Source of the DNA: Mytilus californianus
Lineage: Eukaryota
DNA length: 64,000 nt
Direction of reading: 5' to 3'
Assembly (NCBI RefSeq): GCF_021869535.1
Contig: NW_026262712.1
Coordinates: 41,540,001-41,604,000, forward strand
The translations under genes and the position numbers were made by a program. The notes beneath the pieces were generated by a model. It was not told the origin of the DNA. It did not search any database and saw nothing but the letters and a program-made list of their open reading frames with translations. Of the stretch, positions 40,401-53,529 are shown in pieces; position 1 is the first letter of the stretch; each line of letters starts with the position of its first letter.

Positions 40401-42070
40401 TACTTACAATACTCCAAGTTTTTCAAGTTTGGTTCCCCTCTTGGTAGAAGGATCCATTACATATAAATTGATATTTAAAGCAGATTTAAATACTGCATTG
40501 AAATCTAATGTTAAGAATGATGTTATCATGTGCCTGCACATTGTGGGTTTTAAAATCTAATCGGACACGGTAAAAACCCGAAACTTAACTACTAGACCAG
40601 TAAAATCACTGTTTGAATCTGTTTCACTATCTGAATTTATAATAAATGTATCTTACATGTCTTACTTGTTCAAAAGTTTTAATATTTAAATCTTTAAATT
40701 ATTATTGACAGAGATTTTCCAATCCCAAAGAGAAATATGCTCTTTTATTTCCAAATTTTCAGCTCTAAAATTCCCAATATATATTGTCTGGGACTATTAT
40801 ACTAGCGGGACTCAGGCATCCTCGGGAGATTTTGAAATAGTGTACAAGTCTTTAGAGAAAAAAGGGGGTCATTTTTTTACAAATATACATAGTTACGCAA
40901 AATAAATCGACCAAGATATTTAATAAATTTGATTATTACAGAAATGAAATTAAATATTTCATCTATCATCTACATGTATTCAAGGACATAGAATTCTTTA
41001 GTTGTCTTAAAAAGATATGTAAAAAAAACTGGCACACAGGGCATGAAGATTCCCAATTTGGAAATGATTTTTTTTTTTATTAAATAAATTTGATTGAAGT
41101 CAACAACAAAAATAAGACAAAATTTACATTTTCCCCTAGCATCTAAATCACCTCCATGTATGCTCAGATAAATAATGTGGTTACCCTCCCTTAAAATATA
41201 TCTTTTTCTGATACTTTGGACCTCAACAGCATTGAATATTTTACCTTGCAGTTATGTGTACACAAAATTGTGTACATAACAAATGGATATGTAGTCCAAA
41301 TACTTAGGACGTCTTGAAAGGCTATGATATTTTTTTGCTTTCAAACTTTAAATCGATGCTCGTCGCTGTAAAGCGTCAAAGCAAAAAAGTATAATAGCCT
41401 TTCATTAGGACTAATGGATATGTGATGTGATTACCATTGAATGAGATAACTATGCACCAAAAATTGAAAACAGTTTAGACAGCAATCCACAAAACCCATA
41501 CTATATAGCAAATTATAAGCTAAAATAGACCTCAACACTAAAGCGAGAACAACAACTATGTTATATACATGTACACAATAAACATCCACTAAATTATAGG
41601 CTTCAAGCTTTGTTCAGGCACATACAGAAATTATGTTGCTGTGCCAGGGTTAATCATATGTGTGGACACACGGAATATCAGTACCCTCAGATGTTGATTT
41701 AATTTGGACAAAGAGGGGGGGGGGGGGGGGGGGGGGGGTCACTAAGGAGAAAGCAAAAAAATTCAGGAATAGACCTTGTCATAGATATAAAATGTGGTAT
41801 GAGTGCCAAAGCTGTTTTCATGTTTGCTTCCAGATTTTCAAATGAGATCATAAATCTTAAAATCGAGAAACACTCCCAGCAGACAATATAATTGCAGATT
41901 AGCTAGGTCATCCAGTCATAAGATACATACACGGGGAAAACATGCAAAACAAGATAGAATTTCACGCTGGTAAGTTGTGAATGCGGTCTTTGCAATGAGC
42001 AATGTCAGAGATTGACACACTCGCATACTTATTTATTTTTTCCGGTGGTGCGTTACTAGAAATGGGATGA

Positions 42071-42356
42071 CAAGGGCGGATCCAGCCATTTAAAAAAAGG
42101 GGGGGGGGGGTCCTAGTCCAAATAATTATGACGTCTTGCAAGGCTATTTTAATTTTTTTCTGGGACGCCTTCCTACGTAGGAAGGCGTCCCAGAAAAAAA
42201 TTAAAATAGCCTTGCAAGACGTCATAATTATTTGGACTAGGGCGGTCCCAACTCAGGAGAAAGGAGGGGCTCCAACCATATGTCCCCATTCAAATGCATT
42301 GATCGGCCAAAAAAATGGAGATTCCAACCACCGGACCCCCCTTGCATCCGCCACTG
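42071..42356. mobile_element. GGCGGATCC-type MITE hosting the palindrome
   Basis: caagggcggatccagcc...gcatccgccactg; same family as 12256-12520. Confidence 0.6.
42112..42241. repeat. Perfect 130-bp palindrome (65-bp arms, no spacer)
   Basis: Centre cctac|gtagg at 42176/42177. It explains the mirror ORFs 41962-42225 (-) and 42128-42460 (+). Confidence 0.95.
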
Positions 42357-44039
42357 GATTAAATAAATCCGATTTCATATATTTTTCTCAGTATAGTTTG
42401 GTTCTAACCACGTGTGTACCATGCTTGCCGAAGCTAAATTTGTTGTTTACTCATTTCTAGTCATTTTTTAGATGCTGAAAAGAATAAAATTGAAAGCAAA
42501 CAACTTATAATTCTTTAAGCTTACATATTTGTTAGCTGTCACTTACTGTTCTTCATATATTTTCACACATTAGAGAAAATAATTGCTGGTGCAAGGTGCT
42601 TTCATTTCTGCCGACTGCAAAGCATCTAAAGACGGCGATCGGCTTCTGATTGGTTGTTATTCTCAAGTAGGCGGGGTCTGTAAGCCGACGATCAAGGCAG
42701 CAAAAACAGCTATTGCAACCGTTTACAATATAATTTAAGTTAAAAAAAAATACCGTATGCGTGTTTCAGTAATTAAATTGCATCATATCGGTATAAATTT
42801 TTCATCCGAATGCACGCAAGTAATTTGTATTCAACAAATTGTATCGATGGACGCTGCTTACGGAATCCGCCATTAATGAATACATAATGAGGTAATTGCA
42901 GAGTTACCTCCTCCTGACGAAAACTCCTCGAAAATGCCTTAACATCGCTGCGTATGTGTGGTATGTTTGGGTTATAGACATTGACGTAAATACAATGTTG
43001 TGTAAATGAAATCAATGGCTGTAAAACTATTATTTTTGTTAAAAGAACATGTTTATTCAAAGCATTCAAAAGATGTATCGGAAATGTGTTCGTAAATTAA
43101 ATGAATGTCACGGCAAACGTATACCATTGCATACACTTAGGAGAAGTTACAATATATGTAATGGTCACTCGTCAGTTAATTGTTTTGTTATGTCTTGAAA
43201 TTTTTATATTTCAGTCATGAATTTTACGGATCAAGTTGCTGCGATGGACCAGACGCCCTTTCAAAGCATGTCATATTCTGTGGTATGTATTAAATTTCGG
43301 GTATTTCAAGCGTAACACACACAAACACACACACTATCTTGTACACACACTTTGAGATATAAATATTCCAGCGTTCTTGTCATTCAGAATTTTCTTTCAA
43401 AATGGAGTATACAACTTGTGATCGTCTGTGTTTATACTCGACACATATTGTGTTTACCAAGAACATATTACGTATAACTGTTAACACTTATACAATGGCA
43501 TGTATCTATTGTCTACTCAAAGCTACATTTTGTCACAATCTAATTTTAAATTCGGTCGAACAATGTATTGTTCCAATCAAAATGCATATCCCCTTTTCAT
43601 TAGGATTAGGACTTGTAACTGTATAAACCTTAGTGACAACAGTTTATGTATTGTGTAGTAGACCACTAAATAAATAATTCTTTGAGTGCAACGACTGTCA
43701 ATCTTCTGATGATCCCTTTCCACGTAAACCTAGGTCGAATAAAAAATCTATACTTCTTTACGCCATACGGTTACTGTATAAATTGTGTATCATTCGCACA
43801 TTTTTTACAATCCCAATCATATGTATCATCTTTAAATGTCTGATTCATCACTTTAAATGGGGTTTCAATATTGATATCAATAAAATCAAGCTGTATAATT
43901 ATCTCTTGTTTCCTTGGTGTACTTTCGCCTTTTGGTTATTTCGGACAATCAATGTTAGTATTACTACAAGCAACTCATATAAATCAAATAAAAAAGTACA
44001 ATGAAAATATAAGAAAGTCATATAGAAACTCATTTGCGT

Positions 44040-44820
44040 AGTTGAGTTTATGCATCAGCACAATTTTGAAGACCATAATCATATTAAGTGTCAGTTACGA
44101 TGAGACACAACAGATATGATGGTTTTGCTGTTTGTTCACAATAATTTATATGATTCTTAAAATTGAGAATGGAAATGGGGAATGTGTCAAAGAGACAACA
44201 ACCCGACCAACGAGCAAAACAAAAACCAACCGAAGGCCACCAATGGGTCTTCAACACAGCGAGAAAATTCCGCAAATGGAGGCGGACAAAAACGTGTACC
44301 AGTTCAATAAAATTGGACGTCAAACTTAACTCCAAAACATATAAATGAACTAAAATTTAAAAAAAAATACAAGACTAACAAAGTCAAGGGGTCCTGACTT
44401 GAGACAGGCGCAAAAATGCGGCGGGGTTAAACATGTTTTGTGAGATCTTAACCCTTCCCTATACCCCTAGCCTATGTAGAGTAAACAAACACACAGCAAT
44501 ACGCACAGTAAAACTCAGTTTAAAAGAAGTTCGATTCCGATGTCAGAAAAGTTAACAAAAGAAACTAAGCAAAATGACAATGATACATAAATTAACAGAT
44601 GTCTGCTAGAAGTTACTGACATACCAGCTCTAGACCTCAATTAAACTGATTGAAAGATTGTGTCTTTATCGTATGAAAATCAAGCACAATCCCTCTCGTT
44701 AGTGATTTAGTATCATGCCATCATCATGATCATAAAATATTTGATAAGAACATAATTCGTATCATGCCAACAACTGGTTTTAGAATAAATGTGTTTATTC
44801 CCGATGCAAAGACCCTATGA
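44040..44820 (-). repeat. Family A copy within the tandem unit
   Basis: Reverse complement of 6770-7457. Confidence 0.85.
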
Positions 44821-46694
44821 GTGAATCAATATTAATACCAAAATATGCCATGTTTAATGACCTGACAACAATATCCTGTCTATATCAGTCCTGAATAAGT
44901 CTGTTTAAAGGTTTTGTTAGCTTTTGAGGTGAATGCCGACATTTTTGTGATTTGTGTAGAATATTACCATAAAAGATTGGATGTGAAATAGCCAGGTCCT
45001 TTTATAGCCCATTATACGGTATCGTTTTGAATAAATTGAAAGTTGTACACACATTCAAGCATCAACCATCCATATGTAGTATAAAGATAAAACAATATTT
45101 CAGAGCTTGTGTATTCTGTCATGATCTTCTTGATATATGGTTGTTGCTTAAAGGGAAGACAATTGAATCAGACTAAGTTAATCAATTCTAGTTATCATAA
45201 GTTTATTTTATTCTAACCTGATTTGAAACAATCGTTACAATCTTTATGATACGTTAATTGGTTGTTTAATGCATCTTCGTTGTTGTTTTTATTCACTAAA
45301 TATACCAAGATTTAGTTATTATGTTGATTGCGTCCGTATTATTTAACTTAAAATAACGGATATTACATACAGTGCTGTGTTTATTGCATACTTGTGCGTA
45401 CACATTTCTTCTAGATAGAATTGTGTGGGATGGTTTTGTATGTGTCTCGTATCTGTTATCTTTGATTCTTGGTCCCAGGAAAAATTTCTTTGATCAAACA
45501 CACGTAATGTCAGTAAAAGTTCTTATAACCTATTTGCCCTATACAAATCCTATATCCTTATACAGCAAACGTGTTTGTCAATACATTTTGTTTACGCTAC
45601 ACAGATAATTAAAAAAAAATAAATAATTGATATGTGTGGTATTTATGGGAAACAGACATTGACGAAAATTCAATTTGGTAGAATTGAAATTAATAACTGT
45701 AAAACTATTATTTTTTTTAAAAAGAACATGATTGTTCACAGCATTCAAAAGATGTATTCGAAATGTGTTCGTAAATTAAATGAGTGTCTGGGCAAACGTA
45801 TACCATGGAATACACTTAGGAGAAGTTATAATATATGTAATGATAAATTGTCAGTTAATTGTTTTGTTATATCTTGTATTTTTTTTTATTCCAGTCATGA
45901 ATGTTACGGATCAAGTTGAGATGCATCAGACACCCGTTAAAAGCAATTCATATTCTGTGGTATTTATTAAATTTCGGGTATTTCAAGCGTAACACACACA
46001 CACACACTATGTTGTATACACACAGTGAGATATAAATATTTCAGCGCTCTTGTCAAAATGGAATATACAAACCCTGTGATCGTCTGTGTTTATACTCGAA
46101 CCATAATGTGTTTACCAAGAACATATTACGTATAACTGTTAACACATATACAATGACATTTATCTATTGTCTAGCCAAAGCTACATTTTGTCACATTCAG
46201 TATTCGGTCGAACAATGTATTGTTCCAACCAAAATGCATATCCCCTTTTCAGTAGGATTAGGACTTGTAAATGTATAGACCTTCTTGACAACAGTGTATG
46301 TACTGTTCATTTTATATTAGACCACTCAATAAACAATTCTTTGAGTGCAATGATTGTCGATCTTCTGATAATTCCTTTCCACGTCAACGTAGGTTGTAAC
46401 AAAAATCTACTCTTCTATACACCATACGGTTACGGTAATAATTGTGTATCATAAGCATATTTTACATGCGACAACCCAATCATATTTATCATCTTTAAAT
46501 GCCTGATTCATCACTTTAAAGGGGGTTTCAATATTGATATCAATAAAATTATGCTTTATAAATATCTCTTGTTTCCTTGGTGTACATTCGCTTTCTGGGT
46601 ATTTCGGACAATTCATGTTAGTAATACTACAAGCAACTCATATAAATGAAATAAAAAAGTACAATGAAAATGTAAGAAAGGCATATAGAAATTA

Positions 46695-49600
46695 TATTCT
46701 TTTTTTTTTAACAACAAAAAGATATTCTTTACTCTTCAGAATGCTTGTTACATTTTTACTTAACTGTCCAAGCTCCAAAAAAGTATCCCTGTGAAATACT
46801 TTCTGAGTATCCAGGACATTACTCAGAATATAATAAAATATAAACGTTTTTTTCTATTATATCTATCTTTTTTTATTTAAATTAATGAAAAATACATTTT
46901 GAGATACTGTTTTGTTCTCATTCATAAACCTTCGTATTTCTTCTATAAACATATTATACACATCTAAAAATTTAAGTTTTTGCTCTGAGACATAATATGA
47001 CTTGTAAATTCAAAAACCTAAAACTGTCAATAAATGGTTAAAACCATAATACCCCTGGTCTGATATTTTGTATCCAAATACTATATGTTTTGCTAATACC
47101 TTGTTATGTAAATTCATTTTTGCTAGAAAATAATGTACCTTCTCCCAAAAATCTTTCAAAAATGAACATGTAATAAAGAAATGCAAGTTATCATTTTCTT
47201 CTGTTTTACAAAAATTGCATTTAACATTCTCAGATATTTTCCATCTTAATAGTAACTGCTTTGTAGGAATAATATACCGAAGTAGTTTCTATCTCAAAAT
47301 TTTCAACTTGTTTTCTGTTAAAATTTTAAATATAAAATCGTATACAAATGACATATGTGGTGTGTATTCTAATTTTAAATATCTTGTCCAAATATTAATA
47401 CCGATTGGTTTTGTATATTTCTTATCTAATTAAGTGTTATAGAGCATTTTATTGTTGATATATTTTGCTTCAATTTGTTTATTTTGCCATCTTAATTTAT
47501 CCTTACATATATTGATTATACTCTTAACGGAGTTTTCTTTTTTTAAAACTTGCAGCCATTCTTTTGGAATGCAAGATTTTAACATCTTAAACTCTGCAAT
47601 CAAGTTTGATTTATTCTTTAACTTTTTTAAAATTAAGCTTCGGATAATTTTCCCTCACTATCCAGTATGTCGTTAATATACACCAATCCACTTTTAACCC
47701 AGTTCGGGAAGAACGAACTTTTATTGCGATTTTTAATATATTTATTTTCCCAAATAATCTGTTTTCTGATACCCGAAAAGTGATCAGAAAATTTTGTTAA
47801 ACCTCCTCCTGTTTTCACCAAACTTGAAATTACTTGTAAATAAAAATCAGATATGTTTCCAAGTTCATTTAGTGATTTTATGTTATCTAAATTCATGTTA
47901 AAGACAAGAAAGTTTTTACCAAGAATGTTAAAATATTAAGTAGGAATAATCTTCCAGTTCGGCAGTTCGGTTGTTGTTAATTTGGAGACCCATGAAGATT
48001 TCAGTGCAGTAAAATAACTGTTATAATCAATCATTTTTAATGCCCCTTTTTGGTATTCTCCGATAAGTGTGTTTCTTTTTACTTTGTCATTTTTTCCCTC
48101 CCAAATATATTTGAAACAGCAGCTTTCAATTTCTTTTAGGTTAATATCTGGAACTTTGCACGAAGTAGCCAAACATGTAAATGTTGGTAATATTAAAGAT
48201 TTTATGATCAATATTTTCCCAACCATTGTTAATTTTCTTTTTTCCCAAGTTTAAATTAAAGATTTCATGTTATCTATTTTAGGTTCCCAATTTAACTTTT
48301 CACATTGGTGTTTGTCGTGACCAAAATAAATGCCTAAAGCTTTAACGGGTTTGTCTGTCCAGCGTATGCCTTCAATTTTATCTATGCTATTTTTAAGCGC
48401 CCCAATCCAAATTCCATCTGTTTTATAACGGTTTAAATTCAAACCTGAAAAAGAACCACATTTTTCAATTATATTCATAGCTTTTGATATATCTGATTTT
48501 GAACTACAAAAAAAGTGTTGTATCATCAGCCAATTTTGATATTTTGATGCTGTGTGTTTTATTATCTATAGTGATACGAATACCTTTAATGTCTGAGGTT
48601 TGCCTCAATCGCTCGGCAATAATTTCGACTGATAAAACAAAAAGTAAGCCGATAAAGGACATCACTGACGAATTCCTCTAGAGTTTTCAAAAATTTCGGA
48701 TACCTATCCATTATTTATCACACACGTCTGTATTTCCTTATATAGTGTTTCCACCCATGATATTCATTAAAACTTAAAACCTAAATGCTTTAGAACGCTT
48801 AAAATGAATTCCCATTCCAAAGAATCGAAAGCTTTTGTAAAATCAACAAATATAATAGCCCCATCTATTCCGTTTGATTCTGCATAGTCCAATATATCTT
48901 GGATTTGCCTTAAATTAAATCCAATAAAACGATTTTTTACATATCCGGTTTGATCTTCATTAATTCGTTAAGGAAGAAGCTCTTTTAGTCTCTGTGCCAA
49001 AACATGAGATAATATTTTCAAATCTACGTTTAATAATGATATTGGGCGATAATTGTCCAAAGATAATGGGTCATTTTTTTTTAAATAATAAAGATAGAAC
49101 ACCTGTTCGTTGTGTATATGAAAAAAGTTTTTCCTCGTGTCCTTTATTTAAAACTTTTACTAACATTGTTTTTAATTTTTCCCAGAACGTCTTATAAAAT
49201 TCTAATGTTAAACCATCTAGACCAGGTGATTTATTTAGCTTCATCTTGTTAATAGCCTTAGCACATTCATCTATAGTAGCCTCCCCGTCACAAATTTTAA
49301 AGTCTTCTCCATTTATCTCCTTTTCCATGACAGTATCGCCTACATATTTATGTAGTAGATTGTTATCTGGATTCGTGGTTGTATATAATACTTTATAATA
49401 GTTATTTATCATTTCTAGAATTTGTTCTTGGTTTGTTGTTACCTCGTTATTTTCAATTCTGAGTTTGTTAATAGATGTTTTAACTTGTCGCTGTTTTTCT
49501 AAACCTAGAAAATAAGAATTATTTTTTCCCCCAGTTCTATCCATTTTCCCTTGATCTTATTTGAGCCCCCTTTGCCTTATTTTCATAAATTTTGTCCAAT

Positions 49601-50420
49601 TGTAACTCTAATTGTTTAATATAATTTGTTAGTGTTTTATCTTATTAATTAGTCTATTGGTTGTTTTTTTTTTATATTCAATATATTTTAAAATAGAATT
49701 ATTCAATTTCCAGTACCCATTCCCTCTTTCAGAAGCTCCTGTCCTAAAGTTTAGAACCATCCCTTGATGGTCAGTCACTTTCATTAGTGCCGGTTTAATT
49801 TTACAATATTCAACGAGAGATTGAAATTCTTTTGCAATTAAAATAAAAACTATCCTACTGACTTGTGTCTTATCCTTGCTTCTCCATGTAAACTGTTGTG
49901 TATTTTCATGTAAAAAACGCCAAATATCTTTAAAATTATGATTTTTCATAAAAGTTTTTGAACTATTTATTGGCTCAGAAAGCTTTGTATTTTTTTTACG
50001 CTTTTCCTATCTAAAATATTTAACGCTTCATTGAAATCGCCGGCAACTAGAGTAATGCCTATAGGATTTTCTTTTATAAAATTGTTTACTTTCTTGAAGA
50101 AAGAATGTCTATCTGTTCTGTAATTTGGCGCGTAAAGACAAACTAGAGACGACATTATATTGTCCATTTTCACATTTAATAAAATAAGTCTTCCGTCATT
50201 ATCGCAGAACTTATTAATGACCTCAATATCTGCATATTTGTTAATACCTATTGCTACCCTCCTACTTGCCGTAGTTCCATTACTGCAGTAAAATATAAAA
50301 TCAGTATCCTTTTCAAGACTAGCCTTTGATTTTTCATTGAGATGTGTTTCTTGTAAAAGGGCAATGGAACACTTATTACGTTTAACCCTATCTATAACTC
50401 TTAATCTTTTTTCTTTATAA
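46695..50420 (-). mobile_element. Decayed, 5'-truncated L1/Tx1-clade LINE (APE endonuclease and reverse transcriptase)
   Basis: Collinear minus-strand fragments: ALLQETHL (about 50350), LVAGDFN (49967-50173), TWR...SRI..TDH (49629-49949), GEKN-like...KSPGLDGLTLEFYKTFW (49071-49544), ADDTT region and ALGIYFG (48251-48526), KVKRNTL...KGALKMID (47936-48226). Many frameshifts. T-run near 46700 is consistent with the 3' tail. Confidence 0.9.
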
Positions 50421-52392
50421 TGTTCTTAGTTGAGTTTATGCGTTTGCACAATTTTCAAAAAAACTTTAAAAAAAAAGAATTAAAAGACCATTATCATATT
50501 TAGTGTCAGTTACGATGAGACACAACAGATATGATATATTTGCTGTTTGTTCAGAATAATTTAAAAAAAAAACAGCCGAAGCCACCAATCTGCCAATGGG
50601 TCTTCAACACAGCGAGAAAATCCCGCAACCGGAGGCGGACAAAAATGTGTACTTGTTAAAATGGACGTCACACTAAACTACAAAACATTTAATTGAACTA
50701 AAATTGAAAAACATACAAGACCAAAAAGGCTAGAGGCTCCTGACTTTGGACAGGCGCAAAAATGCAGCGGGGTTAAACATGTTTTGTGAGATCTCAACCA
50801 TCCCCCTATACATATAGCCAATGTAGAATAAACAAACACACAACAATACGCACAGTAAAAATCAGTTTTAAAGAAGTCCGAGTCCGATGTCATCATAAAA
50901 TATATATAGCCCATTGTAGGGTATCGTTTTGAATATATTGAAAGTGGTACACACATTCAAGCATCAACCCTCCATATGGAGTATAAAGATACAACAATAT
51001 TCCAGAGCTTGTGTATTCTGTCATGGTCTTCTTGCTATATGGTTGTTGCTTCAAGGGAAGACATTGAATCAGACTAAGTTAATGACTTTTAGTTCTCACA
51101 AGTAATTTGGTTTGTAATTGATTTTAAAAAACTATGAACAAAAAATTATTAATATAAAAATAAGGTTAGTGGTTTGATTGTCAATAAGACAACTATCCAC
51201 CAAAGTTCAAATGAAGTGGATGTAAGCATTCATAAGATCCGGACGGTCTTAAACAATGAGAAAAACCAATACCGTATAGTCGGCTTTAAAAGTTCACGAA
51301 ATGAAAACAATGAAACAATTCAACTGAGCAAACCAACGGCCTAATTTATAACAAAACAATTTACGAAAAAGCAAATAAGACAGACATGAACAAACTACAA
51401 CCACTGAACTACAGGCTCATGACTTGGGACAGGCACATACAGAATGTGGCGGGATTAAACAGGTTTTACGAGCGCTCATCCCTTCCCTCGCCTCACATTA
51501 TATTTCTGTGAAATAACCATGTCTAGTCTGCTGAGTAGAATCGCATGTTACTATATAAATAATTCGCTTGCTTTGTACTGTTTTCATTTGTGTTATTAAG
51601 TCAGGTTTATTATTTCAGTCATCATTTAGGCTTACCCACCGGGTTTAATTCAGTACTATTCTGGAGTATCAGTGTCACAGATGACATAACATGTGTTTTA
51701 ATTGTTTAAGTATCATTCCATTATTGTTTGTGCGAAAAATATTGCCGTGTGTTATAAATACGTAAAAAATATGATATATCTGTTCTGTTATTACTGACCG
51801 CGCGCGCATAGCGAACATTTGTGTTACCAACTTTTTAAAGTACTAGTACATTTATAAGAACATGGGTATTTACGGAATTAAACAAAACATTGCAGACTAC
51901 GTGCATACCGAAAACAGTATCTGTTTGTTAACAACTAATACCCCAACAACAATATTGAAATAAAAATAACTAAAAAAATTATGATAATAATAATAACCCT
52001 TCTAATACTGAAAGGAAATAAGAAAAAGAAGAAGAATTGAATTAGTAATAATTAGTATTATAAGATAACATGATAATAATGATAACTATATTAAGAGCAA
52101 TTATATAATAATAATATAAAGAAAAGGACAAAGAAGAATACCGCGAAAATGTCCGTTCATTTGTTGACATTATTTTGTTTATGAAATAACATGTCTAGTC
52201 TGCTGAGCAGAGCAGCAGTTTTCATATTCAACTGTCTTGATTTGTACTTTTTTCGTAAGTGTTATTTTTATTAGAGTAAATGTAATATGTATTGTTTTCG
52301 CCAAATCGATTTATGACTATTGAACAGCGGTATACTACTGTTGCCTTTATTCATTGATGGTGATGTCCAATTCTCTTTAAATATATTTGCAG

Positions 52393-53529
52393 GCCATATT
52401 TGGCGTTTTTGCATACGCCTGGTGTCCTGAAGTAATTCCGATACCGATATCTGGAGATTTGGAGCTGCTGAAACTCTTAGAGTTATTCCCTATTGAAAAC
52501 ACAACGACTGGAAACTTTACAGATGTAACAGCTTCAGGCACATTCGCTGTAGATTATTTTGATGATATACCAGTACCAAATAGAACAGTTCCCGCACAAA
52601 GTCAAGCAGATGGCTATGTAGATATGACTAACAAGTATTGCGACTCGATGTTTCAAAGTGAATACCACAAAATTGCTTACATAGGAATGTCTATTTCCTT
52701 CAGTATGCTTATGTTTATTGGTAACATATTGGTTTTAATCTTACCTTCGATTTCGAAAGCATTTAGGACACCCATATTTTCCACACTCTTAAGTTTTTCT
52801 CTCATATCATTGATTCGTGGAATCGACCTGTAATTCAACAGTCTGGCACAATGTTCGTTGATGTTTAATTTCATTTTAAAGTCAACAGTTGAGTGCATTA
52901 TATTTAGCTGTATTAAGGCATTTATTACAAATGTAATTAGCTTACATCTATGTCTACTGGCTTGTCAACGTATCTATGTGTCTCTATTTCCCCTGAAGGC
53001 GCATGTAAATCACACTAAGACAAATGTTAGTCGATGTATTTTCTGTATTTACATTTCATGTGTTTTACTTGAACTGATTATGGGGATTCAAGGCTCACGG
53101 GATTGCGTTGTCAGTAGCTATCGTAATGATATGTCAACTATTTTTAAGACCAATGCAGATTTCATTGTTTTTAACCTGATGGTAGTAGTTTTACTAGCAG
53201 CCGGTATGCTATCAGGGATAGTTCAGAGGTATGTATCACCAAGACCTACTCAGTCTGCATCACATAGAACACAATCTCGCATAGCTTCAATAGTTTTAGT
53301 TTTATATCTCATGTTTTACTGTCCATTTAAGATTGTGGGTCTGGTTCTACAGTTTACATGTGCAGATCCGACGTACGTAGGACCAATTGCATTTACTGCT
53401 TCTACAGCACAATTCATGATCGGTGCATTAAATCCTATTATGTTGTGTCTCAGGGTTCCAGAAGCAAAAAGAGCTTTGGAGAACAGTTGTTGTAGTTGCA
53501 TCGCCAATCATAAAAATAATCGGACTTAA
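52393..53529 (+). pseudogene. Divergent rhodopsin-like (class A) GPCR exon with one in-frame stop (pseudogene, null allele or sequencing error)
   Basis: ORFs 52387-52833 and 52858-53529 are in the same frame, separated only by TAA at 52831-52833. About seven hydrophobic segments: GN in TM1, LACQRI..SLFP (DRY position), FYCP (CWxP position), ALNPIM (NPxxY position), Cys-rich tail. N-terminal ectodomain has NTT, NFT and NRT sequons. Acceptor tttgcag| at 52392. Confidence 0.75.

Larger units (their letters stand above)
42943..51120. repeat. Large element with head-to-tail 2678-bp units; unit 2 is interrupted by the LINE and truncated
   Basis: tatgtgtggtat at 42953 and 45631. 42953-44020 matches 45631-46690. 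The HINE-like part at 44040 matches 50425, and 45000-45190 matches 50905-51090. Confidence 0.75.

Noticed and set aside
41962-42460. Two ORFs with identical N-termini on opposite strands
   Set aside because: An artefact of the perfect palindrome.
43402-43626. Recurrent ORF MEYTTCD.LCLYSTHIVFT (also 14441-14734 and near 46060)
   Set aside because: Translation of a non-coding repeat. The frame is not conserved among the three copies.
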